A stretch of 64,000 nucleotides of DNA from Squalus acanthias. Lineage: Eukaryota. The stretch spans positions 156,986,001 through 157,050,000 of the forward strand of contig CM059431.1 of NCBI GenBank assembly GCA_030390025.1, given 5' to 3'. Made by a program: the position numbers and the translations under genes. Below the pieces are notes generated by a model. The model was given only the letters and a program-made list of their open reading frames with translations. It was not told where the DNA came from and did not search any database. This document shows, in pieces, positions 33,500-46,600 of the stretch (the stretch's first letter is position 1; each line of letters begins with the position of its first letter).

Positions 33500-35260
33500 T
33501 CACGTTCTGTATCGTGACATGAACCCGATATCACGATTGAGGCCATCCTCATGAGTGCGGAACTTGGCTATCAGTTTCTGCTCTATGATTTTACGCTGTC
33601 GTGTATCCCGAAGGCCGCCTTGGAGAACGCTTACCCGCAGATCCGAGGCTGAATGCCCCTGGCTGCTGAAGTGTTCCCCGACTGGGAGGCAACCCTCCTG
33701 CCTGGCGATTGTTGCGTGGTGTCCGTTCATACGTTGTCTCAGTGTCTGCATGGTCTCGCCGATGTACCATGCTCTGGAGCATCCTTTACGACAACGTATC
33801 AGGTAGACAACGTTGGCCGAGTCACATGAGTATGTACCGTGTACCTGGTGGGTAGTGTCCTCACGTGTGATGATGGTATCTGTGTCCATGATTTGGCATG
33901 TCTTGCAGAGGTTGCCGTGGCAGGGTTGTGTGGTGTCGTGGTTGCTGTTCTCCTGAAAGATGGGTAATCTGCTGCGAACGATGGTACTTTTGAGGTTAGG
34001 CGGCTGCTTGAAGGCGAGTAGTGGAGGCGTGGGGATGGCCTTAGCAAGGTGTTCGTCGTCATCGATGACATGTTGAAGGCTGCGAAGAACATGGCGTAGT
34101 TTTTCCGCTCCGGGGAAGTACTGGACGACGTAGGGTACTCTGTTGGTTGTGTCCCGTGTTCGTCTTCTGAGGAGGTCTATGCGGTTTTTCGCTGTGGCCC
34201 GTCGGAACTGTCGATCGACGAGTCGAGCGTCATATCCCGTTCTTACGAGGGCGTCTTTCAGTGTCCGTAGGTGTCCATCGCGTTCCTCCTCGTCTGAGCA
34301 GATCATGTGTATTCGCAGGGCTTGTCCATAGGGGATGGCTTCTTTAACGTGGTTAGGGTGGAAGCTGGAGAAGTGGAGCATCGTGAGGTTGTCCGTGGGC
34401 TTGCCGTAGAGTGAAGTGCTGAGGCGTCCGTCTTTGATGGAGATTCGTGTGTCCAAGAATGAAACCGATTCTGAGGAGTAGTCCATGGTGAGTTTGATGG
34501 TGGGATGGAACCTGTTGATGCTATCGTGTAGTCCTTTCAGTGATCCTTCGCCGTGGGTCCAAAGGAAGAAGATGTGGTCGATGTATCTGGTGTACAGCGT
34601 TGGTTGGAGGTCCTGTGCAGCGAAGAAGTCTTGCTCGAACTTGTGCATGAAGATGTTGGCGTATTGGGGTGCGAATTTGGTCCCCATGTCTGTTCCGTGT
34701 GTTTGGGTAAAAAAATGGTTGTCGAAGGTGAAGACATTGTGGTCAAGGATGAAACGGATGAGTTGTAGGATGGCGTCCGGAGATTGGCTGTTGTTGGTGT
34801 TGAGTACTGAGGCTGTCGCATCGATGCCGTCATTGTGGGGGATATTGGTGTAGAGTGCCGATACGTCCATCGTGACGAGGAGTGTTCCTGGTTCAACTGG
34901 TCCATGGGTGCTGAGTTTCTGCAAGTAGTCTGTAGTGTCACGACAGAAGCTGGGGGTTCCCTGTACGATGGGTTTCAGGATGCCCTTGACGTACCCAGAG
35001 AGGATCTCACACAGGGTTCCGTTGCCTGATACGATAGGACGTCCGGGTGTGTTGGCTTTGTGTATCTTTGGGAGGCAGTAAAAGTCTCCTACACGGGGAG
35101 TACGTGGGATGAGAGCGCGTAGGATGTTTTGAAGGTCTGGATCGAAGGTCTTGATCAGTCTATTGATTTGGCGGGTGTGTTCTTTGATCGGATCTGCGGG
35201 TAGCTGTCTGTAGTGTTCCTGGTTGTCCAGTTGTCGGTATGCTTCTTTGCAATAGTCCAT
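33500..35260 (-). CDS. PLE RT-GIY-YIG ORF (5'-truncated; catalytic YIDD mutated to YIDH)
   Basis: ORF track; motifs as above. Confidence 0.85.
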   Translation of the reverse strand: MDYCKEAYRQLDNQEHYRQLPADPIKEHTRQINRLIKTFDPDLQNILRALIPRTPRVGDFYCLPKIHKANTPGRPIVSGNGTLCEILSGYVKGILKPIVQGTPSFCRDTTDYLQKLSTHGPVEPGTLLVTMDVSALYTNIPHNDGIDATASVLNTNNSQSPDAILQLIRFILDHNVFTFDNHFFTQTHGTDMGTKFAPQYANIFMHKFEQDFFAAQDLQPTLYTRYIDHIFFLWTHGEGSLKGLHDSINRFHPTIKLTMDYSSESVSFLDTRISIKDGRLSTSLYGKPTDNLTMLHFSSFHPNHVKEAIPYGQALRIHMICSDEEERDGHLRTLKDALVRTGYDARLVDRQFRRATAKNRIDLLRRRTRDTTNRVPYVVQYFPGAEKLRHVLRSLQHVIDDDEHLAKAIPTPPLLAFKQPPNLKSTIVRSRLPIFQENSNHDTTQPCHGNLCKTCQIMDTDTIITREDTTHQVHGTYSCDSANVVYLIRCRKGCSRAWYIGETMQTLRQRMNGHHATIARQEGCLPVGEHFSSQGHSASDLRVSVLQGGLRDTRQRKIIEQKLIAKFRTHEDGLNRDIGFMSRYRT

Positions 35261-36280
35261 TCTGTTCTGTAAGACGATGGCTCCTCCTTTGTCCGCTGGT
35301 TTGATGACGATGTTGCGGTTGGTCTTTGATCATCAGTGTGTCTTTGATGTAGGGAAAGATTTGAATAGATTTTGTCTGTGTTTATATTGTGAATTCTGGG
35401 AGATTCTCTCACTGCTACCCTACCGGAGGAAGGAGCGAACCGCTCCGAAAGCTTGTAAAATTAAATAAATCTGTTGGACTATAACCTGGTGTTGTGCGAC
35501 TTCTCATTTTTATATAAGGCACGTCGATCACATCTTTATATCATACCCGCAGACAATCTGTACCTTGAAATAATGAGCTCATTCACAGTACTTTGTTTAT
35601 TTACATTTGTGTAACATAACTGAGGAGATATTGGACACATTGAGAAGATTCACTTCATAGATTAGTTACGTTTTTTTTAAGAAATGGGACATTATGGCAT
35701 TCCTGGGGAGAGAGGATGTGGCCTCGGGAGATGTCCCTGAACATTGTGCCGAAGTCGGGGTGGGATTAAAGAAGACGTAGAATGGAAGAAATGATTTGGA
35801 TATGTTCAGTAGAAATTGTTTAAATCCGCGCCACCTGCAGTGGCTCAATCGAGTTGGATGGTTGACTGGAAACGCACACCGATTTTAGAGAACGGGCGGA
35901 GATCTCGGAACTGATCGGAGGGAAATTCCTACAGTTAATTTTTATATGCCAGATAATGCAAGTTAATATATTCACATGGCATTTGAAGTATGTGGTTGTT
36001 ACAGTTTTGATCTAGCTTCAGGTTTTCCACTAGGACTGTAATGAGGACGTGTGATGCTTGCGCTGCTCGCTGTGTCGTTTCGAGGGATCTTGGCTATTGG
36101 AATTACATTAACTGCAAGAAGTTTCGCAGTGAATTCTCATAGCTGATTTCAGTGGTGATCCCCAGGTTACACATGGTGGCAGAACGCTGATGGCAATGCC
36201 ATTGAATGTCAACAGCAATTGGTTATAATTTCTCTGTTTGCAGGCAGCAAGTACCTGGGACTTAGGCGGCATAAATGACA

Positions 36281-39200
36281 ACATAAGAAGATAAGAAATA
36301 GGAGAAGGAATAGGCCAATCGGCCTCTCGAGCCTGCTCCGCCATTCAATAAGATCATGGCTGATGTGATCCTAAGCTCAAATCTAAAGAACACAAGAAGT
36401 AGGAGCAGGATCCGGCCACTCAGCCCCTGGGCCGCTCCGTCACCCACAGGGCCTTGATCGATCCGAACTCAACCTCATGTCCAATTTCCTGCCCGCTCTC
36501 CGTAAACCCTAATTCCCTTTACTTCTAGGAAACTGTCTATCTCTGTTATAAATTTATTTAATGATGTGGCTTCCACAACATCCTGGGGCAGCAAATTCCA
36601 CAGATCCACTAGCCTCTGAGTGAAGATGTTGCTCCTCATCTCAGTTTTGAAAGAGCAGCCCCTTATTCTAAGATGATGCCCCCTTGTTCTAGTTTCACCC
36701 ATCCTTGGGAACATCCTTACCGCATCCACCAGATCAAGCGCCTTCACAATCTTATATGTTTCAATAAGATCGCCTCTCATTCTTCTGAACTCCAATGAGT
36801 AGAGTCCCAATCTACTCAACCTCTCCTCATATGTCCAGCCCCTCATCCCCGGGATTAACCGATTGAACCTTCTTTGTACTACTTCGAGAGCAAGTATGTA
36901 TTTTCTTAAGTATGGACACCAAAACTGTATGCAGTATTCCAGGTGCCGTCTCACCAATACCTTATAATACTGCAGCAACACCTCCCTGTTTTTATAATCT
37001 ATCCCCCAAGCAATAAAAGCCAACATTCCGTTGGCTTTCTTGATCACCTGCTGCACCTGCATACTAACTTTTTGATTTTCTTGTACTAGGACACCCAGAT
37101 CCCTTTGTACTTCAGTACTTTCCAGTTTCTCGCCATTAAGATAATAACTTGCTCTCTGATTTTTCCTACCAAAGTGCATAACCTCACATTTTCCAATATT
37201 GTATTGCATCTGCCAAATCTCCGCCCACTCACCCAGCCTGTCTATATCCCCTTTAGGTTTTTTTTGTCCTCCTCACTTTCTACTTTCCCTCCTATCTTTG
37301 TATCATCTGCAAACTTTGATATGTTGCACTCGGTCCTCTCCTCCAAATCGTTAATATAGATTGTAAAGAGTTGGGGACCCAGCACCGACCCCTGCAGAAC
37401 ACCACTGGCTACTTTTTGCCAGTCCGAGAATGAACCATTTATCCCAACTCTCTGCTTCCTGTTAGATAACCAATCCTCCACCCATGCCAGAATATTACCC
37501 CCAATCCAGTGATTTTTTATCTTGAGCAATAATCGTTTATGTGGCACCTTGTCGAATGACTTCTGGAAGTCTAAATTCACTACGTCCACTGGTTCCCCTT
37601 TATCCACCCTGTACGTTATGGCTTCAAAGTACTCAAGCAAATTTGTCAGACATGACTTGCCCTTCATAAAGCCATGCTGACTTTGTCCTATTAAATTATG
37701 TTTATTTACATGTTCCGTTACTGTCTCCTTAATAATAGACTCCAAAATTTTACCCACCACAGATTTTGGGCTAACTGGTTCATAATTTCCAGCCTTCTGC
37801 CTACTACCCTTTTTAAATATGGGTGTTACATTAGCAGTTTTCCAATCTGCCGGGACCTTTGCTGAGTCCAGAGAATTTTGGAAAATAATTACCAAAGCAT
37901 CCACAATCCCTACTGCCACTTCCCTCAAGACCCATCGATGCAAGCCATCAGGTCCAGGGGATTTATCCGCCTTGAGTCCCATTATTTTACTGAGCACCAA
38001 TTTCTTAGTGATTTTAATTGTATTTAGCTCCTTCCCCCCTAGAGCCCCCTGTTTGTCCAGTGTTGGGATATTCTTAGTGTCCTCTACCGTAAAGACTGAA
38101 ACACAATGGCCCGAAAATTAAACCTAATACGCGAGAGTACGCACTGTGTACTCTCTCGTATTAGACCCCGAATTGCCAGTTTCCTGCATGCACTGCACAT
38201 GCGCGGGATACCGGCACTTCGTGAATTGCAAAGGGGGCGGCTCCAAAGTGAACCGCGTGCTCGCTACAGGCTGTGCGCACGCAGTGCACATAGTTTTTTT
38301 TTCAGCTTTGAACACGCAGGTAAGTGGTGAAGATTTTACGCACAAAGAAAGCAGGCATAGGACCACCTTTTAACAACGTAAGTAGTTAATTAAGTGTTAT
38401 TTAAAAAAGAAATCAACGGTTTTATCTTTTTTAGAGACTTTAAAGAAAGGTAAGTTTATTTTTATAACTTTTAAAAAGATTTTAAATTTTTTCAAAAATT
38501 TTATTTTTTGTTTAAAGTGGTTAATTTATTTAACTATACTTATTTTATTAATGTGATGGTTTTTTAAATTTAATTGAGGTTTAGCTGTTCTTTTGGGGGT
38601 TTGTAGTATTCATAGCTTTGACAGCTCTTGCCATCAAAACTATGTTGGTGTGCTGCCATTGGCTCTAACAGAATCACGTGATCCAAGAGCTCGCACGAAC
38701 GAAGTGCGCCTCTGCGACACGCACACACTGCACGGTTGCAACAGGGAGCAGCTTGGAATCTAAAGTTCGTGTAGGCCCGGAGCAAAAAGGTAGGCGTGCA
38801 GTGCGATATCACGGGGAATCCTTACCCCCGCGGGAACCATCCATGTTTAATTTCTGGCCCAATATTTGTTCAGCATTTTGACATCTCCATGTTTCCCACT
38901 TTTAATTTCCCGGTCTCATCCTCTGAGGCATCTACGTTTGCCCAAGCCACCCTTTTTATTTTTATATAACTATGGAAACTCTTGCTATCTGTTTTTATAG
39001 TTTTTGCTAATTTATTTTCTTAATCTATCTTCCCTTTCTTAATCAATCCTTTAGTTACTTTTTGATATCTTTTGAACAATTCCCAATCTTCCATCCTCCC
39101 ACTAAGTTTGGATCCCTTATGTGTCCTGGTTTTTAGTCGGATACTATCCTTAATTTCTTTACTTAGCCAAGGATGGCTTTCATTTCTTTTACACTCTTTT

Positions 39201-40480
39201 TTGCTCAGTGGAATATATATATTTTGAAATTTGTAAAATAACTCCTTAAATGAAAACCACTGCTCATGTACCGTTTTACCCTTTAATCTATTTTCCCAGG
39301 CCACTTTAATCAATTCCGCTCTCATACCATCATCGTCTCCTTTATTCAAGCTCAGTACGCTTGTTTGAGAAACAACCTTCTCACCCTCTCATTGGATATG
39401 GAATTCAGCCTTGTTATGGTCACTCATTCCAAGGGGATCCTTAAGTAGGACATTATTAATCCTGACTCATAACACAGGACCAGGTCCAAGTTTGCTTGCC
39501 CCCTTGTATGATCAGTTACATACTGCTCAAGAAATCCATCCCTAATACACTCAATAAACTCTTCCTCAAGGCTGCCCTGCCCAATTTGATTTGTCCAGTT
39601 AATATGATTGTTAAAATCCCCCATAATTGTAGCTGTTCCCTTATTACATGCCCCAACTATTTCCTGATTAACACTTCTTCCAGCAGAGTTGCAACTATTA
39701 GGAGGCCTATATACTACTCCCACTCGTGTTTTTTCCCCTTATTACTCCTTATCTCCACCCAAACTGTTTCATTATCCCGATCCTTTGACCCAATATCATT
39801 TCCCTGTATTACAGTGATTCCTTCCATTATTAACATAGCCACCCCACCTCCCCTTCCTTCCTGCCTGTCCTTCCTATTTGTTAAATACCCTGGCATATTT
39901 AATTCCCAGTCGTTGTCAACCTGCAGCCATGTTTCTGCAATGGCCACAAGATCATACCAATAAGTAGTTATTTGTGCCGTTAACTCGTCCATTTTGTTAT
40001 GAATGCTACGTGCATTCAGATAAAGAAATTTCAAATATGTTTTGTGACACTTAGTTCCTGCTTTTTCCTTTTTTAACACTTGAACTTTTACTCCATACCT
40101 TCTGTCCCTTCCTGACACGCTTTGCTCTGTCTCCCTTCTCAGGTGCCCAACCCCCTGCCACTTTAGTTTAAACCCTCCTCAACAGCACTCGCTAACACTC
40201 CCCCTAGGACAGCGGTCCCGGCCCTGCCCAGGTGCAGGCCGTCCGGATTGTACTGTTCCCACATCCCCCAGAACCGGTTCCAATGTCCCAGGAATTTGAA
40301 TCCCTCCCCCTTGCACCATTCTTCTAGCCACGTATTCATTTGAAATAATCTCTTATTTCTACTCTGACTAGCACGTGGCACTGGTAGGAATCCTGAGATT
40401 ATTACCTTTGAGATCCTTTTTTTAAATTTACCTCCTAACTCCCTATATACTGCTTTTAGGACCTCATCCCCTTGTTTACC
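36281..40480 (-). mobile_element. CR1 LINE (ORF1 esterase C-terminus, APE endonuclease, RT), frameshifted
   Basis: DGLHLGRAG (ORF1 SGNH), LYLNARSI..IAETWL, GVVYRPP..MGDFN, KSPGPDG, QHGFMKGKSCLTNL, FADDTK; acataagaa tail. Confidence 0.93.
38108..38860. mobile_element. Harbinger-type MITE inside CR1
   Basis: TIRs GGCCCGAAAATTAAAC / GTTTAATTTCTGGCCC; exact 3-bp TSD AAT (38105-38107, 38861-38863); AT-rich core. Confidence 0.8.
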
Positions 40481-40947
40481 TATAAATGTTACCTTTCACT
40501 TATCGGCCCAAACCCGGATGTTGTCCAGTTCTTGCTCCATGCGGGCATGGACTGCCTCATTTACTGATTAATTGCGAATGGAACTAAACACTGTGCAGCG
40601 ATCAGCGAGGAGCACCAATTCTGAATTTTTGAAGGAAGTTCAATGATGAAGCAGCTGACGAGAATTACGACTAGCTGGCTACCGTTTAAAAATTACGGTT
40701 AGTCCATGAGATCCTGTACTCTTATTACGGATGTATTCATTGAAATTTCCAGAAAGAATAATTTGACAGAGAGATATTTCATAAGAGCACACATGTTGTT
40801 TACACAATTTCAGGGGGGCTACTGAGGTTAAATACGTATAGCGTAAAGTATTGCTTATATCGTAAATTGCACAGAACGATGTCTGTCTAAACAGTCATTC
40901 ATATGACTCCTTCAACACAATACGATTCGAACATATATGAAGCATAC

Positions 40948-41081
40948 CTCATGATCTGTTTCAGTAAATATTTTTGCCATTACAAGCGACTGATTAACGT
41001 CCTCCACAACCGGTTCAATTGACTGTTCTAGTCTCTGACGGTAGAGAAGGATCATTCTGCGCAGATGGATATCCGATGTTT
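40948..41081 (-). pseudogene. NLR CARD-like exon 1 (not in the ORF track)
   Basis: ttgacag| phase 1 TSDIHLRRMILLYRQRLEQSIEPVVEDVNQSLVMAKIFTETDHE |gtatgc, phase 0, compatible with the exon at 32565. Confidence 0.8.
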
Positions 41082-41689
41082 CTGTCAAGGTGTAAATGAG
41101 AACAAATGAATATACAATGGCCGCTATGAAACAGTCAATACACTGAACTAACTGCTATCACAACAGCAGTTGTTTAGAGTCTTTCAAGCAGTGACACGGC
41201 CAGTGGTATTCAGACTTAAGGCTGCCTTTTCTTGCTGGAGTTAAGAGAAACAACCCAGGCCTTTCAACATTTGCTTGCTGTTTAAAATAATTAAGAATTA
41301 GAGAGGTGGAAGCACATAGGAACCTATTCCAGTCAGTGGGGATGGATTCTATGTCTGGAATCTGGAGCTGATGAACCGATACATTGGGGATCACAACAAG
41401 GGGAGAGGAGGGACAGGAGTGCAACAGAGAGGATGTGAAGATGTTTGTAGAGATAAGGTGGGCGAGGGAATTGCAGATGAGTAGGAGTATTTCACAAATG
41501 ATCAACGTGGGATATGGAATCAAAGGTCAGTTAATGAGGGCATTACGGATTCGTGAAAGTAAGGGTTTATTTGAATCGGAGTAGTGGAGCTCTGTCCAAG
41601 CTGAAATTTATAACGGGCTGTGCCAAAGGTCGTTTAAAGAATTGAGTCTAAAACTCACACAAGCATGCATAAAGTAACATCATTCAGTA

Positions 41690-42080
41690 CCTTCCCATCA
41701 ACGGTGCACCGTGGCTGTAGAGCGTACCATCTATAAGATGCACTGCAGCAACTCGCCAAGGCTTCTTTCGCAGCAACTTCTAAACCCGCGACCTCTACCA
41801 CCTAGAAGGACAAGGGCAGCAGGCGAATGGGAACACCATCACTTGCAAGTTCCCCTCCAAGTCACACACCTTCCTGACTTGGAAGTATATCGCCTTTCTT
41901 CGTCGTCGCCGGGACAAAATCCTGGCACTCCCCCCCCCCCAATAGCATTGTGGGAGTTCCTTCACCATAGGACTACATCAGTTCAAGAAAGCGGCTAACA
42001 AATAACTTCTCAAGGGCAATTAAGGATGGGCAATAAATGCTGGCCTTGCCAGCGACGCCACATCACTTAAATGAATAAAA
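41690..42080 (+). mobile_element. Non-LTR retrotransposon 3' end (CR1-group, common elasmobranch family)
   Basis: YKMHCSNSPRLL.Q.L.NPRPLP peptide; 3' end ggcaataaatgctggccttgccagcgacgcc...gaataaaaa. Confidence 0.6.
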
Positions 42081-42149
42081 ATATATATATTTATATTAAA
42101 GCGCATGTCCAGAAAATTAACATATAATTGTTCCAGAAGATGATCTGAG

Positions 42150-42345
42150 ATTTCAGGTTATATTTCACAGTTTATCAGGAGCATATCAGGTGTGTTTGCG
42201 GTTTCACAGTGTATCAGGAATATGCCAGATGCGCCTGGCCTTCAAAGCCTATCGGTATCCTGCCAGGATTGTATGGGGTTTCAAATTTTATCGAGATCAT
42301 ATCAGCTATCTAGGCGCTGAACAGTGTATAAGAATTCTGCCAGGT
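42150..42345 (+). repeat. About 39-bp degenerate tandem repeat, left part
   Basis: Unit approx GGTTTCACAGTGTATCGGGATCCTGCCAGGTGTGTNTG; continues at 50200-50420. Confidence 0.6.
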
Positions 42346-43605
42346 GTCACAGAGTCATACGGCACAGAAGGACGCCATTCTGACGATCGAGTCCGTGCCG
42401 GCTCTCTGTAGAGCAATCCAGTCAGTCCCATTCCCCCTCTCTATCACCGTAGCGCTGCAAGTTTATTTCCCTCAAGTGACTGTCCAGTCTCCCCCTAAAA
42501 ACATTGAGTCTCTCCGCCTGCACCACTTCCGTCGGCAGCGACTTCCACGTCATCACCACTCTCTGTATAAAAAGTTTTTCCTCACGTACACCCTTTTTCT
42601 CTTGCACAAAATCTCAAATCTGTGTCCCCAATCCTTCTACCATCAACTAGTAGGAACAGCCTTTCCCCGTCTAGCCTATTCAAATCCGTCATAATCTTGT
42701 ACACCTTTATGAAATCACGCATCAAACTCCTTTTCTCTAATGAAAACAAATCCAGCTTCTCAATAGTGTCCCTGTAGCTAAGATCCCCCATCCCTGGAAC
42801 CATTCTGGTAAATCTCCTCTGTACCGTCTCAAGGGTCTTCACATCCTCCCTAAAGTGTGGTGACCAGAATTCCAGTTTGTTGACAAACCAGCACTTTATA
42901 AAGGTTCAGCATAAATTCTCTACTTTTGTACTCAATACCTCTATTTATGAAGCCCAGGATAATTTTTGCTTTGCTAACCACTCTCTCAATATATTCTGCC
43001 ACCATCAGGGACCTATACACATTAACTACCAGGTCCCTCTTTCACTGCACATTCTTTAAAACTGTGCCATTAAGTGTATATTTGTTCCCCCTTTTTCTTC
43101 TGCCAAAATGCATCAACTCACACTTCACTGTAATAAATTCCATCTGCCACTTGTCTGCCCATTCTGCTAGCCTTTCTGTGTCCTGTTGCAGTCGATTGGC
43201 ATAACATTTATTGTTTGCCATACCCCCAAGTTGGTATCATCGGCAAAAATAGAAATTCGAATCAGTATTCCAATGTCCAGGTCATTTCTATATATCATAA
43301 AGAAGCTGTGGCCCCAGCAATGACTTTTGGGGAACACGACTGTCTACCATCCTCCAGTCTAAAATACAGCCATTTACGACAACTCACTGATTTCTGTCCT
43401 TAAGCCAATTCCTTATCCAAGCTTCCACTGACCCACACATTCCATGAGCCTCAATTTTGTTAACCAATCTTCGATGTGGTACTTTGTGAAACGCCTTCCT
43501 AAAATCCACGTTGACAACATCCATTTCATTCCCTTCATCAATTATTTCTGTTACTTCATCAAAAAATTCAATTAGATTATTCAAACAAGATCTGCCTTTT
43601 ACAAA

Positions 43606-46600
43606 AGCAAAATACTGCGGATGTTGGAAATCTAAAGAATCCCCAGAAAATGCTGGAAATACTCCGCAGGTCAGGCAACATCCGTGGAGATCGAAACAGA
43701 GTTAACGTTTCAATTGTAAATAACACTGGCAGAATGAAAGACAGCTGCCATGTTGGAGAGAAAAATATATGTTAAAAAACATAATATAGCCCATTGACTC
43801 ACACAGCTACCTGGACTACAATTCCTCCCACCCCGATTCCTGTAAGGACTCGATTCCATTCGCCCAGTTTCTGCATCTTCGCTGCATGTGCTCTGACGAT
43901 GCCTCCTTCCATACCAGTGCTGCCGACATGTCTTCCTTTTTCCTCCATCGAGGACTGCACTCTACTGTGTTTGACATGTCCCTTGACTGTGTCATAGAAC
44001 ATAGAACATAGAACATAGAACAGTACAGCACAGTACAGGCCCTTCGGCCCTCGATGTTGTGCCGAGCATTGTCCGAGACCAAGATCAAGCTATCACACTC
44101 CCTATCACTCTGGTGTGCTCCATGTGCTTATCCAATAACCGCTTGAAAGTTCCTAAAGTGTCCGACTCCACTATCACAGCAGGCAGTCCATTCCACACCC
44201 CAACCACTCTCTGAGTAAAGAATCTACCTCGGACATCCCTTCTATATCTCCCCCCATGCACCTTATAGTTATGCCCCCTTGTAACAGCTGCCTCTACCCG
44301 AGGAAATAGTCTCTGAACATCCACTCTATCTATCCCCCTCATCATCTTATAAACCTCTATTAAGTCGCCTCTCATCCTCCTCCGCTCTAAAGAGAAAAGC
44401 CCCAACTCCCTCAATCTTTCCTCATAAGACCTCCCCCCCAAACCAGGCAGCATCCTGGTAAATCTCCTTTGCACTCTTTCCAATGCTTCTATGTCCTTCC
44501 TATAGTGAGGTGACTAGAACTGCACACAATATTCCAAATGTGGTCTCACCAAGGTCCTGTACAGTTGCAGCATAACCTCACGGTTCTTAAACTCAAACCC
44601 TCTGTTAATAAACGCTAACACACAATAGGCCTTCTTTACTGCTCTATCCACTTGAGTGGCAACCTTCAGAGATCTGTGGATATGAACCCCCAGATCCCTC
44701 TGCTCCTCCACGTTCCTCAGAACCCTGCCGTTGACCCTGTAATCCTTATTCAAATTTGCCCTGCCAAAATGAATCACCTCGCACTTATCAGGTTTAAATT
44801 CCATCTGCCATTTTTCGGCCCAGCTCTGCATCCTATCAATGTCTCTTTGCAGCCTATAACTGCCCTCCACCTTATCCACTACTCCACCAATCTTGGTGTC
44901 ATCAGCAAATTTACTGATCCACCCTTCAGTCCCCTCCTCCAAGTCATTGATAAAAATCACAAACAGCAGAGGACCCAGCACCGACCCCTGTGGCACACCG
45001 CTGGTAACTGGTCTCCAGTCCGAAAATGTTCCATCCACCACCACCCTCTGCCTTCTATGAGTTAGCCAGTTACTTATCCAATCGGCCAAATTTCTCTCTA
45101 TCCCACAACTCCTTACTTTCTTCATGAGACGACCATGGGGAACCTTATCAAACGCCTTACTAAAATCCATGCATACGACATCAACTGCTCTACCTTCATC
45201 TACACACTTAGTTACCTCCTCAAAGAATTCAATCAAATTTGTTAGGCAAGACTTACCCTTCACGAATCCGTGTTGACTATCCCTGATTAAGTTGCCCCTT
45301 TCCAAATGGTCATAAACCCTATCCCTCAGGACCTTTTCCATTATCTTACCAACCACCGAAGTAAGACTAACCGGCCTATAATTACCAGGGTCATTCCTAT
45401 TTCCTTTCTTGAAGAGAGGAACAACATTCGCCACTCTCCAGTCCTCTGGCACCATCCCCGTGGACAGTGAGGACCCAAAGATCAAAGCCAGAGGCTCTGC
45501 AACCTCCTCCCTTGCCTCCCAAAGAATCCTAGGATATATCCCATCTGGCCCAGGGGACTTATCGACCCTCAGGTTCTTCAAAATTGCTAAAACATCTTCC
45601 CTCAGAACATCTACCACCTCCAGCCTATCCACCTTTATCACACTCTCATCCTCAAGAACATGGCCCCTCTCCTCGGTGAACACTGACGCAAAGTATTCAT
45701 TCATCACCTCTCCTATCTCTTCTGACTCCATGCACAAGTTCCCACTACTGTCCTTGACCGGCCCTACCCTCACCCTGGTCATTCTTTTATTTCTCACATA
45801 AGAGTAAAAAGCCTTGGGATTTGTCTTGATCCGACCCGCCAAGGACTTCTCATGCCCCCTCCTAGCTCTCCTAAGCTCTTTTTTTAGCTCATTCCTTGCT
45901 ACCTTGTACCCCTCAATCGACCCAACTGAACCTTGTTTTCTCATCCTTACATACGCTTCCTTTTTCCTCTTGACTAGACATTCAACCTCTTTTGTGAACC
46001 ATGGTTCTCTCACTCGGCCATTTCCTCCCTGCCTGATAGGGACATACCTATCAAGGACACGCAGTAATTGCTCCATGAAAAAGCTCCACTTTTCGTTTGT
46101 GCCTTTCCCTGATAGTTTCTGTTCCCATCTTATACTCCCTAATTCTTGCCTAATCGCATCATAATTACCCCTCCCCCAATTATAAACCCTGCCCTGCCGT
46201 ATGACCCTATCCCTCTCCATTGCAATAGTGAAAGTTACCGAATTGTGGTCACTATCTCCAAAGTGCTCTCCCACATACAAATCAAACACTTGGCCCGGTT
46301 CATTACCCAGTACCAAATCCAACGTGGCCCCACCTCTTGTCGGCCTATCCACATATTGTGTCAGGAAACCCTCCTGCACACACTGTGCAAAAACTATCCC
46401 ATCCGAACTGTTTGACCTATAAAGGTTCCAATCAATATTTGGAAAGTTGAAGTCACCCATGACAACTACTCTGTGACCTCCACACCTATTCATAATCTGC
46501 TTTGCAATTTCTTCCTCCACATCTTTATTACTATTTGGGGGCCTGTAGAAAACTCCTAACAACGTGACCGCTCCTTTCCTATTTCTAACTTCAGCCCATA

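Larger units (their letters stand above)
33142..35509 (-). mobile_element. Penelope-like element with inverted pseudo-LTRs and TSD
   Basis: 586-aa uninterrupted ORF 33500-35260 (LPKIHK, MDVSALYTNIP, GTDMGT, RYIDH, VVYLIRC..WYIGET); inverted about 175-bp repeats 33178-33352 / 35335-35510; TSD ttatatacggca (33130-33141) / ttatataaggca (35510-35521). Confidence 0.95.

Noticed and set aside
4752..44516. Repeated TGG>TAG changes (PBS, NLR, CR1) as APOBEC-type editing
   Set aside because: Only three scattered events in unrelated elements; compatible with ordinary transitions plus ascertainment bias.
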